From: Dehalococcoidia bacterium
GTDB taxonomy: Bacteria > Chloroflexota > Dehalococcoidia > UBA2979
Length of the DNA: 64,000 nucleotides
NCBI GenBank assembly: GCA_020634075.1
Contig: JACKCJ010000013.1
Coordinates: 3,298-67,297 of the forward strand
Reading direction: 5' to 3'
The position numbers and the translations under genes were made by a program. The notes under the pieces were generated by a model, which ran no database searches, was not told the DNA's origin, and worked only from the letters and a program-made list of their open reading frames with translations. Positions 28,604 to 40,675 of the stretch are shown here, piece by piece. The stretch's first letter is position 1. The number at the start of each line of letters is the position of its first letter.

Positions 28604-29201
28604 CGTAGCGCCTCGCGATCACGGCGCCGAAGGCAACGTGCAGGCCGCCGAACCCGGCTCCGAGCAGTGGCATCGCCCACCCATCGGGCGCGACGAACGC
28701 GGTTGCGCCGACGGCCATGAAGCTCAGGCCGAGCGCGGGGAGCAGCCGCACGGAGAACGCCCCGGCAGCTGCGATCGCCGCGCCGTAGAGGACGAGCCAC
28801 GTCCCCGGCAGCAGGTCGAAGAGCCCCTCGCGCTGGAGCACGAGCGTGAGGATGCCACCGGCCGCCAGAGGCGGGAGGAGGCCAAGGGCGAACTTCTGCG
28901 CCGGCGACGCGAGCAGGCGTGGCCAGTGGCCGCGAGCCTTCAGCAGCGTTGCCACCACGCCGATCGAGACGGCGATGACCGCCTCGGCCTCCCACGCCAG
29001 GATCGCCGCGCGCTCCGAGGACTGCGCGGTGGCGACGGCCGCCGTCACGAGGGCGGTCAGCCCGATGAGCACCATTCCGGTGCCCGAGATGTCCGTGAAC
29101 CGGGACGACCCCTCCATCGCGGAGCGGATGAACCGGAGGTTCTCCGCCGCGCGGTCGGCCAACTGAGGCGGTGCGTCGAGGTCGGCGAGGGATCGCTGCA
29201 T
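28596..29201 (-). CDS. Hypothetical membrane protein co-encoded with regulator
   Basis: 201 aa, multiple TM; overlaps the start of the downstream regulator gene. Confidence 0.75.
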   Translation of the reverse strand: MQRSLADLDAPPQLADRAAENLRFIRSAMEGSSRFTDISGTGMVLIGLTALVTAAVATAQSSERAAILAWEAEAVIAVSIGVVATLLKARGHWPRLLASPAQKFALGLLPPLAAGGILTLVLQREGLFDLLPGTWLVLYGAAIAAAGAFSVRLLPALGLSFMAVGATAFVAPDGWAMPLLGAGFGGLHVAFGAVIARRYGG

Positions 29202-29287
29202 GGGATGAGCATAGCGAGAACGCGGGAGCGGTAAAGTACTTTGCGGTGCAGATCTGGTGCCGACCTCAGCATTGCGAGGCCGCGCGA

Positions 29288-29647
29288 TCAGCCGAGGACC
29301 GGCTCCAACTCGATTACCGCTTCTTCCTCGTCGCCAGGGGCGAGGACCACCGTGAGGTCGGTCGAGGACTCCGGCAGACGGAAGCGAAGCGACGACTCCA
29401 CGGTCGTGTCGGGGAGCGTCGGCTCGTACCAGCCGTCATCGAGGTTCACGGGCTCGTAGATGCCGCCCTGGCCGTCCCGCAGTTCCACGGCCGGCGCACG
29501 GCCCGCCTCGCCAAGGGGGCGATCGGGATTCTCGATCGACGCGCGCAGCTCGAGTTCATCGATCCCGGGGACGTTCGAGTCCGGACGGCGCTCGTAGCCC
29601 TCGAACGTGAAGAGCAGCTTCCCAACCCGGATCGCCTCGGTTGCCAT
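29288..29647 (-). CDS. Hypothetical protein
   Basis: 119 aa open frame MATEAIRVGKLLFTFEGYERRPDSNVPGIDELELRASIENPDRP...; no recognised motif. Confidence 0.55.
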   Translation of the reverse strand: MATEAIRVGKLLFTFEGYERRPDSNVPGIDELELRASIENPDRPLGEAGRAPAVELRDGQGGIYEPVNLDDGWYEPTLPDTTVESSLRFRLPESSTDLTVVLAPGDEEEAVIELEPVLG

Positions 29648-29912
29648 CGACGTCCTCCGATCACCACCGAACCGGCTCACGAGTCCTCGCCGCGAGCGTC
29701 GGTGGCCACTCGACCAGCGTCGCAGCTGTTCCCTCGTGCTCGCGTTGCCGCCGCGCCACGCACGGTTGCGGCGGCGTGACGATGCCCAATCGCGACCTCC
29801 GGTGTGTCGGAGCTTCGTCGATTGTCAGGAGCCCGCAACGCCGTCCCGGTGCACGGCAAGGCCACCCATGCGGTCGGCCTCGTAGGTTGCGAAGGCAGGA
29901 CAGGAGGGCCCC

Positions 29913-30650
29913 GTGCCAGCATCCGAACCGCTCACGATTGACGCCGGAGGGGTCGACCTCCGGGCTGAGATGCACCTCCCCGCCGAGCAGACCGGTGTCG
30001 TCGTCATCCCCGAGGTCTCCGCGACGATGGAGAACGTCATGCTCGACGCGGTCGCGAGCCGACTGCGCGACGCCGACCTCGGCGTCCTCCGCATCGCGCT
30101 CCTCACAGAGGACGAAGCGGCGGACGGGAACATCGAGGGGCTGCGGCCCGCGCCGGACGTGATGGGCGGACGGCTCGGTGCCGTGCTGGACTGGATGGCG
30201 CTCGATGACCGCATGGCAGTTCTGCCGTTTGGGCTGCTCGGCACGGATACCGGAGCGGCAGCCGCACTCGTGGCCGCAGCTGACCGCGCCGAGCGGATTG
30301 GCGCCATCGTGTCCGCACTTGGTCAGCCGGCCCTCGCCGGCGATGCCCTCGACCGCGTTGGCGCTCAGACGCTGCTCGTCGTGGGGAACGGCGACGCCCT
30401 CTCCGTCGACGGGGCGAACGAGGCCGCGCGACGGCTGGGCGCCGTGAGCCAGGTCGAGCGGATCGAGTCCGCCGGCTACGCCCTGCGCCCCGACGAGCTG
30501 GATGCGATCGGCACGCTCGCCGCGGACTGGTTCACGACGCACCTCGTGACGATGGAGTCGCCGATCGACGTGCCCGAGCCGGAACACTTCGAGGACATGC
30601 ACGCCGACCGCTTCCCGCCGCAGCAGGGCAAGGTGAAGCCGAACCACTAG
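29913..30650 (+). CDS. Alpha/beta hydrolase (dienelactone hydrolase-like)
   Basis: LRAEMHLPAEQTGVVVIPEV...LLGTDTGAAAALVAAADR...DALDRVGAQTLLVVGNGD. Confidence 0.75.
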   Translation: MPASEPLTIDAGGVDLRAEMHLPAEQTGVVVIPEVSATMENVMLDAVASRLRDADLGVLRIALLTEDEAADGNIEGLRPAPDVMGGRLGAVLDWMALDDRMAVLPFGLLGTDTGAAAALVAAADRAERIGAIVSALGQPALAGDALDRVGAQTLLVVGNGDALSVDGANEAARRLGAVSQVERIESAGYALRPDELDAIGTLAADWFTTHLVTMESPIDVPEPEHFEDMHADRFPPQQGKVKPNH

Positions 30651-30714
30651 GGGCCCGCGGCCGTACTCCACGCAGCCGTGCTCCGCGCAGGAGGAACTCC
30701 GAGCGCGCGGGCCG

Positions 30715-33105
<2,391 letters not shown>

Positions 33106-33172
33106 GCGTCGTGCCTCCTCGGTTGGGGCGGTCGCCGGCGGGCAGGCCCGCCGGCGTGTGTGAGTCAGGGGG

Positions 33173-33580
33173 CTAGGCGAGTTGCTGGATCCGGAGGAGG
33201 TTTCCCGCCGGGTCGCGCACGGCGCAGTCGCGCACGCCATACGGCTGGTCGGTCGGCTCCTGCACGATCTCCGTGTCCGTGGCCTGCAGCCGCTCGAACA
33301 GCGCGTCGAGGTCCTTCGAGCCGAGCACCAGGCTCGCGTAGGTGCCCTTCGCCATCATCTCGCTGATCGTGCGCTGCTCATCCTCGGAGATGTTCGGGTC
33401 GGCGAACGGCGGGTTGAGGACGATCGAGGTCGTCGATCCGGTGGGGCCGACGGTCAGCCAGCGCATGCCCTCGTAGCCCACGTCCTGGCGCACCTCGAAG
33501 CCGAGGAGGTCGCGGTAGAAGGCGAGTGACGCCTCCGGGTCGGTGTGGGGCAGGAAACAGTGCTGAATCGTGACGTCCAT
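33173..33580 (-). CDS. VOC-family (glyoxalase/bleomycin resistance-like) protein
   Basis: [25 protein letters not shown]...[15 protein letters not shown]. Confidence 0.9.
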   Translation of the reverse strand: MDVTIQHCFLPHTDPEASLAFYRDLLGFEVRQDVGYEGMRWLTVGPTGSTTSIVLNPPFADPNISEDEQRTISEMMAKGTYASLVLGSKDLDALFERLQATDTEIVQEPTDQPYGVRDCAVRDPAGNLLRIQQLA

Positions 33581-33622
33581 GGCGGTCGCTCCTTCTGAAC
33601 GGTGAAAGCCGATGACGTCACG

Positions 33623-34105
33623 CTACGTCTGGGTGGGCGCCGTCGCTTCTCGATTCCTGACCGGTCTGCTGACCCGCTTCGCCACGCAGGCCGGGATGCC
33701 GGCCATCGGAATCCCGGCGGGCGGCAGGTTCGTCGTCGGCAGCCCGGCAGCCTCCCGGGCCGCCTCGCGCCGGTACGTGCTCGGCGAGATCCCGACGAGC
33801 TCCGTGAAGCGGGTGCTGAACGTGCCGAGCGAAGCGCAGCCGACCTCGAGGCAGACCTCGGTGACGCTGAGGTCGCCCCGGCGCAGGAGCGCCATCGCGC
33901 GCTCGATCCGTCGGGTCATCAGGTAGCTGTACGGCGACTCGCCGTAGGCACGCTTGAACTGCCGGCTCAGGTGCCCGGAAGACATCCCGACGGTGCGCGC
34001 GAGTGCCTCGACGTCCAGCGGCTTCGCGTACTCGCGGTCGATCCTGTCGCGGACGCGTCGGAGCAACCGGAGGTCATCGAGGTGGGGGGCGGTCGAGGTG
34101 CTCAC
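33623..34105 (-). CDS. AraC-family transcriptional regulator
   Basis: MSSGHLSRQFKRAYGESPYSYLMTRRIERAMALLRRGDLSVTEVCLEVGCASLGTFSTRFTELVGISPSTYRR. Confidence 0.93.
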   Translation of the reverse strand: MSTSTAPHLDDLRLLRRVRDRIDREYAKPLDVEALARTVGMSSGHLSRQFKRAYGESPYSYLMTRRIERAMALLRRGDLSVTEVCLEVGCASLGTFSTRFTELVGISPSTYRREAAREAAGLPTTNLPPAGIPMAGIPACVAKRVSRPVRNREATAPTQT

Positions 34106-34348
34106 GTGAGGATGGTGCCATTCGAGCGAGGGCGCGACAAGGCGAGCGTGTCCCGCCGGCCCGTGATCGCCCCCGCGTCACCCCCACTCGCGGCCCTCCC
34201 TCCATATCTATAACGAACGTGATTGACCGGCGAGATCCGACGTGACGACACTCCGGACGGGTCGCGCTCACACGGAGGGGAGTCTCACAGCGAGCCGGGC
34301 GCTGGGCGTGCGCGTGCGGTTTGCCGTCGAGGGTCACGGAGGGAACCT

Positions 34349-36163
34349 GTGCCCGGATCGGTCAACGTTCGATCACGCATCTCACGACGAAGTCTGCTTC
34401 GAGGCAGCGCGCTGGGCTTCACCGGCCTGGCCGGCGCCGCGCTCATCGGCTGCTCAAGCGACAGTGGGGGTGACGCTCCCGGTGACGGGACGCCGACCGG
34501 CACCGTCGCCGGGACGTCAACGGCCACGTCCATGAGCGGGCCGCCCGGGGACCTCCGGGTCGCCCCCGGACGCTACGAGGGCGTCCTGCCTCCCACGACG
34601 GCCGAGGCGGATCCCGCCGGGAACGCCCGCTACGGCGGCACGCTCTACACGCGCTACCTCGACCCGCCCCACATGGACTTCAACCAGACGCTCTCGTGCA
34701 CCATCAACACCACGATGGACTACACGAAGAACAAGCTCACGAGGGCCAAGCTCAACGCCACGTCCAACCCCAACAAGATCGACATCGAGGGGGACCTTGC
34801 CGACACGTGGGAGGTCGAGGGCGACGCGACCAAGTTCACGTTCACGCTGCGCCCCGCGAAGTTCCAGAACGTGGAGCCGACGAACGGCCGCGACCTCACC
34901 TCGGAGGACGTGAAGCTCTCGTTCGAGCGCTACCAGGCCGGCGGAACGCAGCGCGACATGTTCAGCGAGGTCACCTCGATCGAGACGCCGGACGACAAGA
35001 CGGTGATCGTCAACCTCGGCCGCCCGGTCGTGGAGTTCCCGCGGAACATCGCCGCGTGGTCCCACATCGACGCGCGCGAAATGATCGAGGACCAGGACTT
35101 CCTCAAGGAGCACGCCGTCGGCACCGGGCCGTTCATCCAGGAGGACTGGAAGCGGAAGGAGGGGACGGTCTTCACGCGGAACCCCGACTACTTCGAGGAG
35201 GGCCTGCCGTACCTCGACGAGGTCGTCGCGCGCGTCTTCAACGACACCGCCACCCAGCGCGCCGGCTTCGTCACCAACAACCTCGTGGAGTTCGGCGCCC
35301 GCGACGAGGACGACGCGGCCGACCTCCTGTCCGAGGTGCCCGACGCCGTCCACCTCGTCGGCGAGCGCCTCCAGGGCGCCAACTCGATGGTGGTCGTCTT
35401 CCAGATGAACAACCCCGTGATGCAGGACGAGCGCGTCCGCCGCGCCGTCAGCATGGCCGCCGACCGCAAGGAGTACTCGCTCTCGAGGAGCTACGCGGGC
35501 GACGGCTTCCCGTACCCGGCGCTCGGCTGGCAGCCGATCTTCGACCAGCGGCCCACGCTGGAGGAATGCGGGCCGTGGTACCAGTTCAACCCGGAGGAGT
35601 CGTCGAAGCTCCTCCAGGCGGCCGGGTACAGCTCGGACAGCCCGCTCGACTTCGAGGTGACGCAGTTCTACCTGCAGGCGTTCTACCAGTTCGACGACCT
35701 GGTGCTGCCGATGCTGAACGCGATCCCGGAGCTCGACATCACCTCGCGCGCGGTCGACAACCCGACCAGCGTGGTCATGCTCAACAACCGGGAGTTCGAG
35801 TCGGCGCATGGGATGACGTTCGGGCCGCCGGCGTACTCGGTGGACCAGATCGCCTTCCCGTTCATGCACTCCACGGGTGGCGCCAACTTCGGGAGCATCG
35901 ATGACCCCGAGCTGGACCAGCTGATCGAGGCGCAGCGGGAGGAACTGGACGACGAGGCGCGCCGCGACCTCTGGCACCAGATCTGGGACCGCGACCTCGA
36001 CCAGGTCTACTACATGTACCTGCCCGAGAACGCCGCCCGGCACAGCGTCTGGCACAACTACATGCTGAACTTCCGGCCCCACGGTCTCGGCACATACACG
36101 TGCTACGGCAACGGCATCGCCCGCTCCGTGTGGCTCGACGAGGACACGCCGACGCCCGGCTGA
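34349..36163 (+). CDS. ABC transporter substrate-binding protein, family 5 (peptide-type)
   Basis: Twin-Arg lipoprotein signal ISRRSLLRGSALGFTGLAGAALIGCSS; extracellular SBP_bac_5-like body; start uncertain (GTG 34349 or upstream). Confidence 0.88.
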   Translation: MPGSVNVRSRISRRSLLRGSALGFTGLAGAALIGCSSDSGGDAPGDGTPTGTVAGTSTATSMSGPPGDLRVAPGRYEGVLPPTTAEADPAGNARYGGTLYTRYLDPPHMDFNQTLSCTINTTMDYTKNKLTRAKLNATSNPNKIDIEGDLADTWEVEGDATKFTFTLRPAKFQNVEPTNGRDLTSEDVKLSFERYQAGGTQRDMFSEVTSIETPDDKTVIVNLGRPVVEFPRNIAAWSHIDAREMIEDQDFLKEHAVGTGPFIQEDWKRKEGTVFTRNPDYFEEGLPYLDEVVARVFNDTATQRAGFVTNNLVEFGARDEDDAADLLSEVPDAVHLVGERLQGANSMVVVFQMNNPVMQDERVRRAVSMAADRKEYSLSRSYAGDGFPYPALGWQPIFDQRPTLEECGPWYQFNPEESSKLLQAAGYSSDSPLDFEVTQFYLQAFYQFDDLVLPMLNAIPELDITSRAVDNPTSVVMLNNREFESAHGMTFGPPAYSVDQIAFPFMHSTGGANFGSIDDPELDQLIEAQREELDDEARRDLWHQIWDRDLDQVYYMYLPENAARHSVWHNYMLNFRPHGLGTYTCYGNGIARSVWLDEDTPTPG

Positions 36164-36197
36164 TCCCGGCCTGCCGCATGATGCGATGCTCAGATGC

Positions 36198-36225
36198 AGG
36201 AAGCCGCCCGAGAGGACGGCTTCCT
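36198..36225 (+). terminator. Hairpin downstream of SBP gene
   Basis: aggaagccg...cggcttcct inverted repeat 35 bp after stop. Confidence 0.55.
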
Positions 36226-36272
36226 GTGTGTTCCTGCCGTGATCGGCGGCGACGAGTCCGGGGACAAAAGGA

Positions 36273-36304
36273 AACCCGCCTCGGCCTCTTCGGCCTGGCG
36301 GGTT
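36273..36304 (-). terminator. Rho-independent terminator of tRNA-Asp
   Basis: Minus strand AACCCGCC...GGCGGGTT stem followed by TTTCCTTTTGT. Confidence 0.65.
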
Positions 36305-36305
36305 A

Positions 36306-36382
36306 TGGCGACCCCGATCGGATTCGAACCGACGATCTCCACCGTGACAGGGTGGCGTGTTAGGCCTCTACACCACGGGGCC
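36306..36382 (-). tRNA. tRNA-Asp (anticodon GTC), CCA encoded
   Basis: Minus strand GGCCCCGTGGTGTAGAGGCCTAACACGCCACCCTGTCACGGTGGAGATCGTCGGTTCGAATCCGATCGGGGTCGCCA; acceptor stem GGCCCCG/CGGGGTC, T-loop GGTTCGAATCC, anticodon loop CTGTCAC. Confidence 0.96.
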
Positions 36383-36510
36383 GTGCGTCCGCTCAGGATA
36401 TCTCGGCGGCTCGATCTCGGTCAACGACTGCCACGCTCTCCGATGCGGGCGGGCCGCTGTCGCGCAGGCGGGGGCGTACCTACACTGACCACGATCGCCG
36501 AGGAGGCACC

Positions 36511-36753
36511 ATGGGACGCGAACGACGCCGACGCACTCGCCGCACCGCTCGACAGGGCGCGCCGTCCGTCGAGATCTCGGCGCCCGGCGACACGCACACC
36601 TCGACGGCCGGGCACCACATCCAGGTGCGCTCGGACCGCGTCCTCGCCCGCGAGGCGCAGACGATGATCGACGAGCTGAAGCGCGTGCTCGTGGTCTCCG
36701 GCGTCTGCTTCGGGATGCTCGCGGTCCTCGTCGTCATCGAGCGGATGCAGTAG
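36511..36753 (+). CDS. Small hypothetical membrane protein
   Basis: 80 aa with C-terminal TM VLVVSGVCFGMLAVLVVIERMQ. Confidence 0.55.
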   Translation: MGRERRRRTRRTARQGAPSVEISAPGDTHTSTAGHHIQVRSDRVLAREAQTMIDELKRVLVVSGVCFGMLAVLVVIERMQ

Positions 36754-36785
36754 CCACCACGCTCCAGGCCTGATCGGCCGCCCTG

Positions 36786-37289
36786 CTAGCGCAGTCGACC
36801 CCACACCGCGACGCTCCCCACGCCGACGATCATCAGTCCGGCGAGGTCGAACACCAGCTCACCCGACAGCACCATCCTCACGGCGAGCGCTCCCACGAGC
36901 GTGGCGACGCCGATGAGCTGCATCGCCATGCCGCGCTTCCCGTTGGTGACGCGATGGATCGCCTCGCCGACCAGCCCGCCGACGGCGGAGCCGACGAACA
37001 GCGCCAGCAGGAGGAACAGCCCTCGGAACCCTCCGACGGGGAAGAGGATCGCGCCGATGAAGCCCAGGGCCGCGGCCAGGACCACGCCGACGCCGAGCGC
37101 CTTCGCGTAGTCCACCGGGGCGAGCTCGTACATCGGCGGGCGGCGCAGCTTGGCGCAGTCGGGGCAGCGGATGCCCCCGGGTGTGTGAATCATGCAGCGC
37201 GGGCAGATCGGCGTCCCGCAGCGGCCGCACTCGAGGGCGGTCTCGACGTCGGGGTGTCGGGCGCAGAAGACGATCGGCTCGGCGGTCAT
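36786..37289 (-). CDS. B-box-like zinc finger membrane protein
   Basis: CARHPDVETALECGRCGTPICPRCMIHTPGGIRCPDCA then TM helices. Confidence 0.8.
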   Translation of the reverse strand: MTAEPIVFCARHPDVETALECGRCGTPICPRCMIHTPGGIRCPDCAKLRRPPMYELAPVDYAKALGVGVVLAAALGFIGAILFPVGGFRGLFLLLALFVGSAVGGLVGEAIHRVTNGKRGMAMQLIGVATLVGALAVRMVLSGELVFDLAGLMIVGVGSVAVWGRLR

Positions 37290-38196
37290 GCTCGCGCCTC
37301 CGTGCCCGGCGCCGAGGTGAGGTCGATGTCCGGCACGTTCGCGCAGCCACGCTCACGCGCGACCTCCAGCAGTCGTGCCACGGCCTCCCGTGGCATGTCG
37401 AAGTGGCCCGGCTCGTGCTCGTGCTCCCGCTCGAGGCCGTGGAAGTCCGATCCGCCGGAGGGCACGAGGTCCAGGCGCTCGGCGAGCGCGCGGAGCGACT
37501 CGACGACCTCGGGCTCGTAGTGGCGGTAGTAGACCTCGATGCCGTCAAGGCCCATGCCCGCGAGTCCCTCGGCGATGCGCTCGTAGTCGGCGGTGAACGG
37601 CGGGTGGGCGAACACGGCGAGGCCGCCCGCACCGTGGATGAGTTCGATCGCCTCCTGCGGATAGAGCCGCTTCCCCTCGATGTACGCGGGGGAGTTGCGG
37701 CCGAGGTAGCGCGCGAACGCCTCGTCGACGTCGGCGACGTGCCCCGCCTCGATCAGGGCGCGGGCGAAGTGAGGGCGTCCCACGGAGGCCTCACCGGCGA
37801 TCTCGCGGACGCGGCCCCACGACACCGGCACTCCGAGGCTCGCCAGCGCCGCCGTGATCGCCTCACCGCGCTCGATGCGCATGCGGTGGGCCTCGGCGAT
37901 CTCGGTGCGAAATGCGTCGTCGGTCGGGTCGACGAAGAGCCCGAGGATGTGGACCTCGGTGCCCGGTTCGTAGCACCCGAACTCCACGCCCGGCACGAAT
38001 GCCATCCCGGGGTGGGCGGCCACGGCCGCGCGTGCCTCGTCGAGCCCGTCGAGCGTGTCGTGGTCCGTCAGGGCGAAGACGCGGACGCCGTGCGCGGCGG
38101 CCATCGCGACGAGGTCAGCCGGGGAGCGCGTGCCGTCGGAGCGGTTCGAGTGGCAGTGGAAGTCGCCCTCGCTGCTCACGCCTGCTCCGTTCGTCA
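37286..38196 (-). CDS. PHP-domain phosphoesterase
   Basis: DFHCHSNRSDGTRSP, FALTDHDTLDG, FVPGVEF, SGGSDFHG motifs; stop overlaps downstream start (ATGA). Confidence 0.92.
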
Positions 38197-38289
38197 CTGC
38201 GGTGGGGACACCTCCAGTGTCCCACAGGCCCGGCCGGCTCCCCGCCCCGAGTGCTAACGGAGTGCTAGTGAGCGATCCCTGGCTCGAGC

Positions 38290-39819
38290 CTAGTGGGCGA
38301 CCGCCGAGGCACGCGTCTCGCGGACCACCGTGACCTTGATCTCGCCCGGGTACTGCATCGTCTCCTCGATCTTCTTGGAGACATCGCGGGCGAGCCGGCT
38401 CGCACCGAGGTCGTCGACGCGTTCCGGCTTCACGATGATGCGCACCTCGCGGCCCGCCTGCACGGCGAACGACTGGTCGACGCCGTCGAACGAGTTCGCG
38501 ATCGCCTCGAGGGCCTCGAGGCGCTTGATGTACTCCTCGGCGGATTCGCGGCGTGCGCCCGGGCGGGACCCCGACATCGCGTCCGCGCAGATCACCACGA
38601 GCGCCTCCACCGTCTCCGGCGGGACTTCCTCGTGGTGCGCCTCGACGCAATGGACGACCTCGCGCGGCACACCGAAGCGGCGGGCGATGTCGGCGCCGAG
38701 GCGGGCGTGGGTGCCCTCCATCTCGCGGTCGACCGCCTTGCCGAGGTCGTGCAGCAGGCCGCCGAGGCGGGCGATCTCGACGTTCGCGCCGATCTCGTGC
38801 GCCAGTGCGGCCGCCAGCCACGACGTCTCGATGCAGTGCCGGAGCTGGTTCTGGCCGTAGGAGTAGCGGTACCGGAGACGCCCGAGCGTGCGGACGATCT
38901 CGGGGTGGAGGTTCGTGACCTCGGCGTCCACGAGCGCCTGCTGCCCGGCCTGCTCGATGAGCTTGTCCACCTCGGCGCGCGCCTTGTCGACGGCGTCCTC
39001 GATGCGGGTGGGCTGGATGCGTCCGTCCTGGATCAGGCGGGCGAGGGCGGTGCGGGCGATCTCCCGGCGGACCGGGTCGAAGCCGGACACCGTCACCACC
39101 TCGGGTGTGTCGTCGATGATCAGGTCACAGCCCGTGGCGGACTCGAAAGCGCGGATGTTGCGGCCCTCGCGCCCGATGATGCGGCCCTTGAGCTCGTCCG
39201 AGGGGATCGGCACGACCGTGACGGTCGTCTCGGCGGTCACCTCGGAGGTGATGCGCTGCATCACCGTGGCGAGGATCTTGCGGGCGCGGACATCGGCTTC
39301 GTTGCGCGCGGAGGACTCCATCGCGCGGACCCGGCGATTCGACTCCTCGCGGAGTTCGCCGTCGAGGTTCTGGAGGAGCTGCTCGCGCGCCTCCTCGAGC
39401 GTCAGGCTCGCGACGCGCTCCAGCTCCGATCGGGCCTCGGCGCGGATCTGGTCGATCTCGGCCTCGGTCTTCTCGAGGTTCACGGTGCGGTCGCGGACAG
39501 ATTGCTCGGAACGCTCGAGGTTCTCGGCGCGTCGCTCGAGGGTCTCCTCGCGCTGCTCGAGCCGGCGCTCCGCGCGGCTGAGCTCGTTGCGACGTTCCTT
39601 GATCTCGGCTTCGAGTTCCTCGCGACGGGCGAGGAGGGTTTGGTTCGCGTCCAGCTCGACCTTGCGGGCGCGGTTCTCAGCTTCCTCCACCATGATGCGC
39701 GCTTCGTCGCGCGCCTGGCGGGTCATGCTGTTGGCGCCCTGGCGGGTCACGAAATAGACGAGACCCGCACCCAGCAGGAAGGCGACTGCGCCTTCCGCCA
39801 CGAGGATCAGCGCATCCAT
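38290..39819 (-). CDS. rny: Ribonuclease Y
   Basis: TM + coiled coil + KH (GRIIGREGRNIRAFE) + HD domain (LGGLLHDLGKAVDREMEGTHA). Confidence 0.97.
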   Translation of the reverse strand: MDALILVAEGAVAFLLGAGLVYFVTRQGANSMTRQARDEARIMVEEAENRARKVELDANQTLLARREELEAEIKERRNELSRAERRLEQREETLERRAENLERSEQSVRDRTVNLEKTEAEIDQIRAEARSELERVASLTLEEAREQLLQNLDGELREESNRRVRAMESSARNEADVRARKILATVMQRITSEVTAETTVTVVPIPSDELKGRIIGREGRNIRAFESATGCDLIIDDTPEVVTVSGFDPVRREIARTALARLIQDGRIQPTRIEDAVDKARAEVDKLIEQAGQQALVDAEVTNLHPEIVRTLGRLRYRYSYGQNQLRHCIETSWLAAALAHEIGANVEIARLGGLLHDLGKAVDREMEGTHARLGADIARRFGVPREVVHCVEAHHEEVPPETVEALVVICADAMSGSRPGARRESAEEYIKRLEALEAIANSFDGVDQSFAVQAGREVRIIVKPERVDDLGASRLARDVSKKIEETMQYPGEIKVTVVRETRASAVAH

Positions 39820-40018
39820 GGTGCCGTTCTCCGTATCCAGGACACCGGCCGAGCGCCGCTGGCGGTGCCTGGAACGCGGTCAACTGACACACGCTCTCTG
39901 GGGCACTGCCGGTCGCTCGAAGCCGGAATGATTCGTTTCCGACGGATCGCCGTCGGCTAACAGAATCGTATCACGCGCTTAAACACGTTTATTGACCTGT
40001 TACGGGGGCGGGGAGGTG

Positions 40019-40654
40019 TCAGCGATCGTCCTCGGCATCGCCCTCGGGCACGTCCGCGAGGGCGGCCTGCATCGCCTCGCGGGCGACGGAATCGGAGAAG
40101 CCGCGGCGCCTGAGGAAGTCGTAGAGGCGACGCGTGCGCTTGGGTTCCTCGACGGATCGGAGCGAGCGGGCACGCTTCCGGGCCGCCTCGAGAGCGGCTG
40201 CGCGGTCGTCGTGCTCGGCGATCGCGGCCTGGGCGAACTCGTCGGCTACGCCGCGCTGGTTCAGCTCGTGCTTCAGGAGGGCACGACCGCGTCCCGTGGC
40301 ACGCGGTCCAGAGACATAATTCTTCGCCCATGCGCGGTCGTCGAGATACCCGAGTGAGCGCATCCGCTCGACCGCGTGTTCGACCTCGTCGGGCAGGAAG
40401 GATCGGGCGAGGGCGGTCCCGAGCTCACGCTCGGTGCGGTGCTTACGGGAGAGCAGCTCCAGTGCCTTGCGGATCGCGAGGAGCTTCCGGCCCTCCGACT
40501 GCACCTCGGACCACTGGTCGGGGGGGAAGTGGACGCCCTCGCGGAGGTGGTGGAGGACAACCGTCTCGAGGGGAAGGACGACGGGGTCGTCGCTGTCGAT
40601 GGAGACAGCGGCGACCCCGTTCTTCTTGACCTGGACTTCGACGATGACCGGCAT
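40019..40654 (-). CDS. recX: Regulatory protein RecX
   Basis: ALELLSRKHRTERELGTALARSFLPDEVEHAVERMRSLGYLDDRAWAKNYV; immediately downstream of recA. Confidence 0.92.
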   Translation of the reverse strand: MPVIVEVQVKKNGVAAVSIDSDDPVVLPLETVVLHHLREGVHFPPDQWSEVQSEGRKLLAIRKALELLSRKHRTERELGTALARSFLPDEVEHAVERMRSLGYLDDRAWAKNYVSGPRATGRGRALLKHELNQRGVADEFAQAAIAEHDDRAAALEAARKRARSLRSVEEPKRTRRLYDFLRRRGFSDSVAREAMQAALADVPEGDAEDDR

Positions 40655-40675
40655 CGAGGTACCTCGACGCGCGGG

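Noticed and set aside
34205-34225. ccatatctataacgaacgtgattgacc as promoter for the SBP gene
   Set aside because: AT-rich and suggestive of a -10 on either strand, but no well-spaced -35 partner; too weak to list
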